From Candidatus Calditenuaceae archaeon HR02 (GTDB taxonomy: Archaea; Thermoproteota; Nitrososphaeria_A; Caldarchaeales; Calditenuaceae), in the NCBI GenBank assembly GCA_002898395.1, contig BEHE01000006.1:61122-93121 (forward strand): 32,000 bases of DNA, in the 5' to 3' direction. How positions within the stretch are numbered: the stretch's first letter is position 1; every line of letters begins with the position of its first letter. The position numbers and the translations under genes are program-made. The notes below the pieces were generated by a model that was given only the letters and a program-made list of their open reading frames with translations, was not told the DNA's origin and did not search any database. Shown piece after piece: positions 31,730 to 32,000 of this stretch.

Positions 31730-32000
31730 CTACACCACCTTTCTGAATGCTAGGGTGTATTCGTGCCATAGGTCGTGGCTGTGTCCCTTTATTGTGTGGT
31801 ATCTGGCTAGGCCGGTGTTGGATAGCTTGAACCTCAATGTCTCTACGTGTTTAAACCCGATAATCTCTGCCAGCTCTATTGTCAGGCTTACTAGGTCTCT
31901 TGATAGCTTGTGTAGCTTGTTGTTCCTGAAGTTCTTTAGGACTATTACTGCTAGGTCTCTGTTATTGTTGGTTCTGTTTAGGCATAGGTACATCGAGGCC
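31730..32000 (-). CDS. Hypothetical protein, 5' end possibly beyond the window; tightly coupled to the LAGLIDADG gene
   Basis: Tracked ORF 31730..31993. The frame stays open to base 32000. Its TAG stop lies 1 nt before the ATG of the HTH-LAGLIDADG frame. The composition is AT-rich like its neighbour. No family was recognised. Confidence 0.35.
   Translation of the reverse strand, partial: ASMYLCLNRTNNNRDLAVIVLKNFRNNKLHKLSRDLVSLTIELAEIIGFKHVETLRFKLSNTGLARYHTIKGHSHDLWHEYTLAFRKVV

Noticed and set aside
31730-31993. Reading the 87-aa ORF as the C-terminus of a tyrosine recombinase (LHKLSRD ... GFKHVET ... ARYHT).
   Set aside because: The spacing of the putative H-x-x-R, His and Tyr residues does not fit the box II pattern. 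It cannot be supported without a profile search.
1-32000. A CRISPR array anywhere in the window.
   Set aside because: No series of regularly spaced 24-40-nt direct repeats was found on either strand. The only repeats are the IS termini, the ~80-nt inverted pair and the duplicated LAGLIDADG cassette.

Overview
This looks like a crenarchaeal (Thermoproteota) chromosomal window. The evidence is GatD/GatE, a Sec11-type signal peptidase, an unlinked 5S rRNA gene, TATA-like boxes about 27 nt upstream of several starts, and class-II tRNA genes with multiple or non-canonical introns. That intron pattern is typical of Thermoproteales/Thermofilaceae, but the exact taxon is a guess.

Positions 1-22.6 kb are GC-rich core genome. 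In order, they hold:
- the 3' part of a repeat-rich surface protein, a signal peptidase and a DUF447-like gene;
- a decaying three-gene cluster: a Gfo/Idh/MocA oxidoreductase with a TAG and a frameshift, an MtnK-like kinase with an in-frame TGA, and a divergent enolase paralogue;
- a small protein with an acidic tail, and tRNA-Leu(CAA) with two introns;
- a Tat-exported Psr/Sre/Ttr-type molybdopterin oxidoreductase operon (A, B, NrfD-type C) behind a 26-nt palindrome;
- a GlpA-type FAD dehydrogenase coupled to a CoxG/SRPBCC protein, and an orphan TroA/BtuF-like binding protein;
- gatD-gatE, and a minus-strand operon of pfkB, a Zn-ribbon N6/N4 methyltransferase and a THUMP/SPOUT protein.

Positions 22.6-32 kb are visibly AT-richer and rearranged. 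They hold debris of IS1595-like, IS5-like (two halves in opposite orientation) and TnpB (IS200/IS605) elements. They also hold MNT-HEPN and VapBC toxin-antitoxin pairs, an unassignable wHTH ORF pair, and ~80-nt inverted repeats bracketing 3.7 kb. The region ends with 5S rRNA and tRNA-Ser(GCU).

The most unusual signal is an AT-rich HTH-LAGLIDADG endonuclease cassette. It abuts the 3' end of tRNA-Ser, where it is interrupted by one in-frame TGA. A decayed copy abuts tRNA-Leu 23.6 kb away.

No CRISPR array was seen. All family calls come from motif recognition by eye; no database search was possible.
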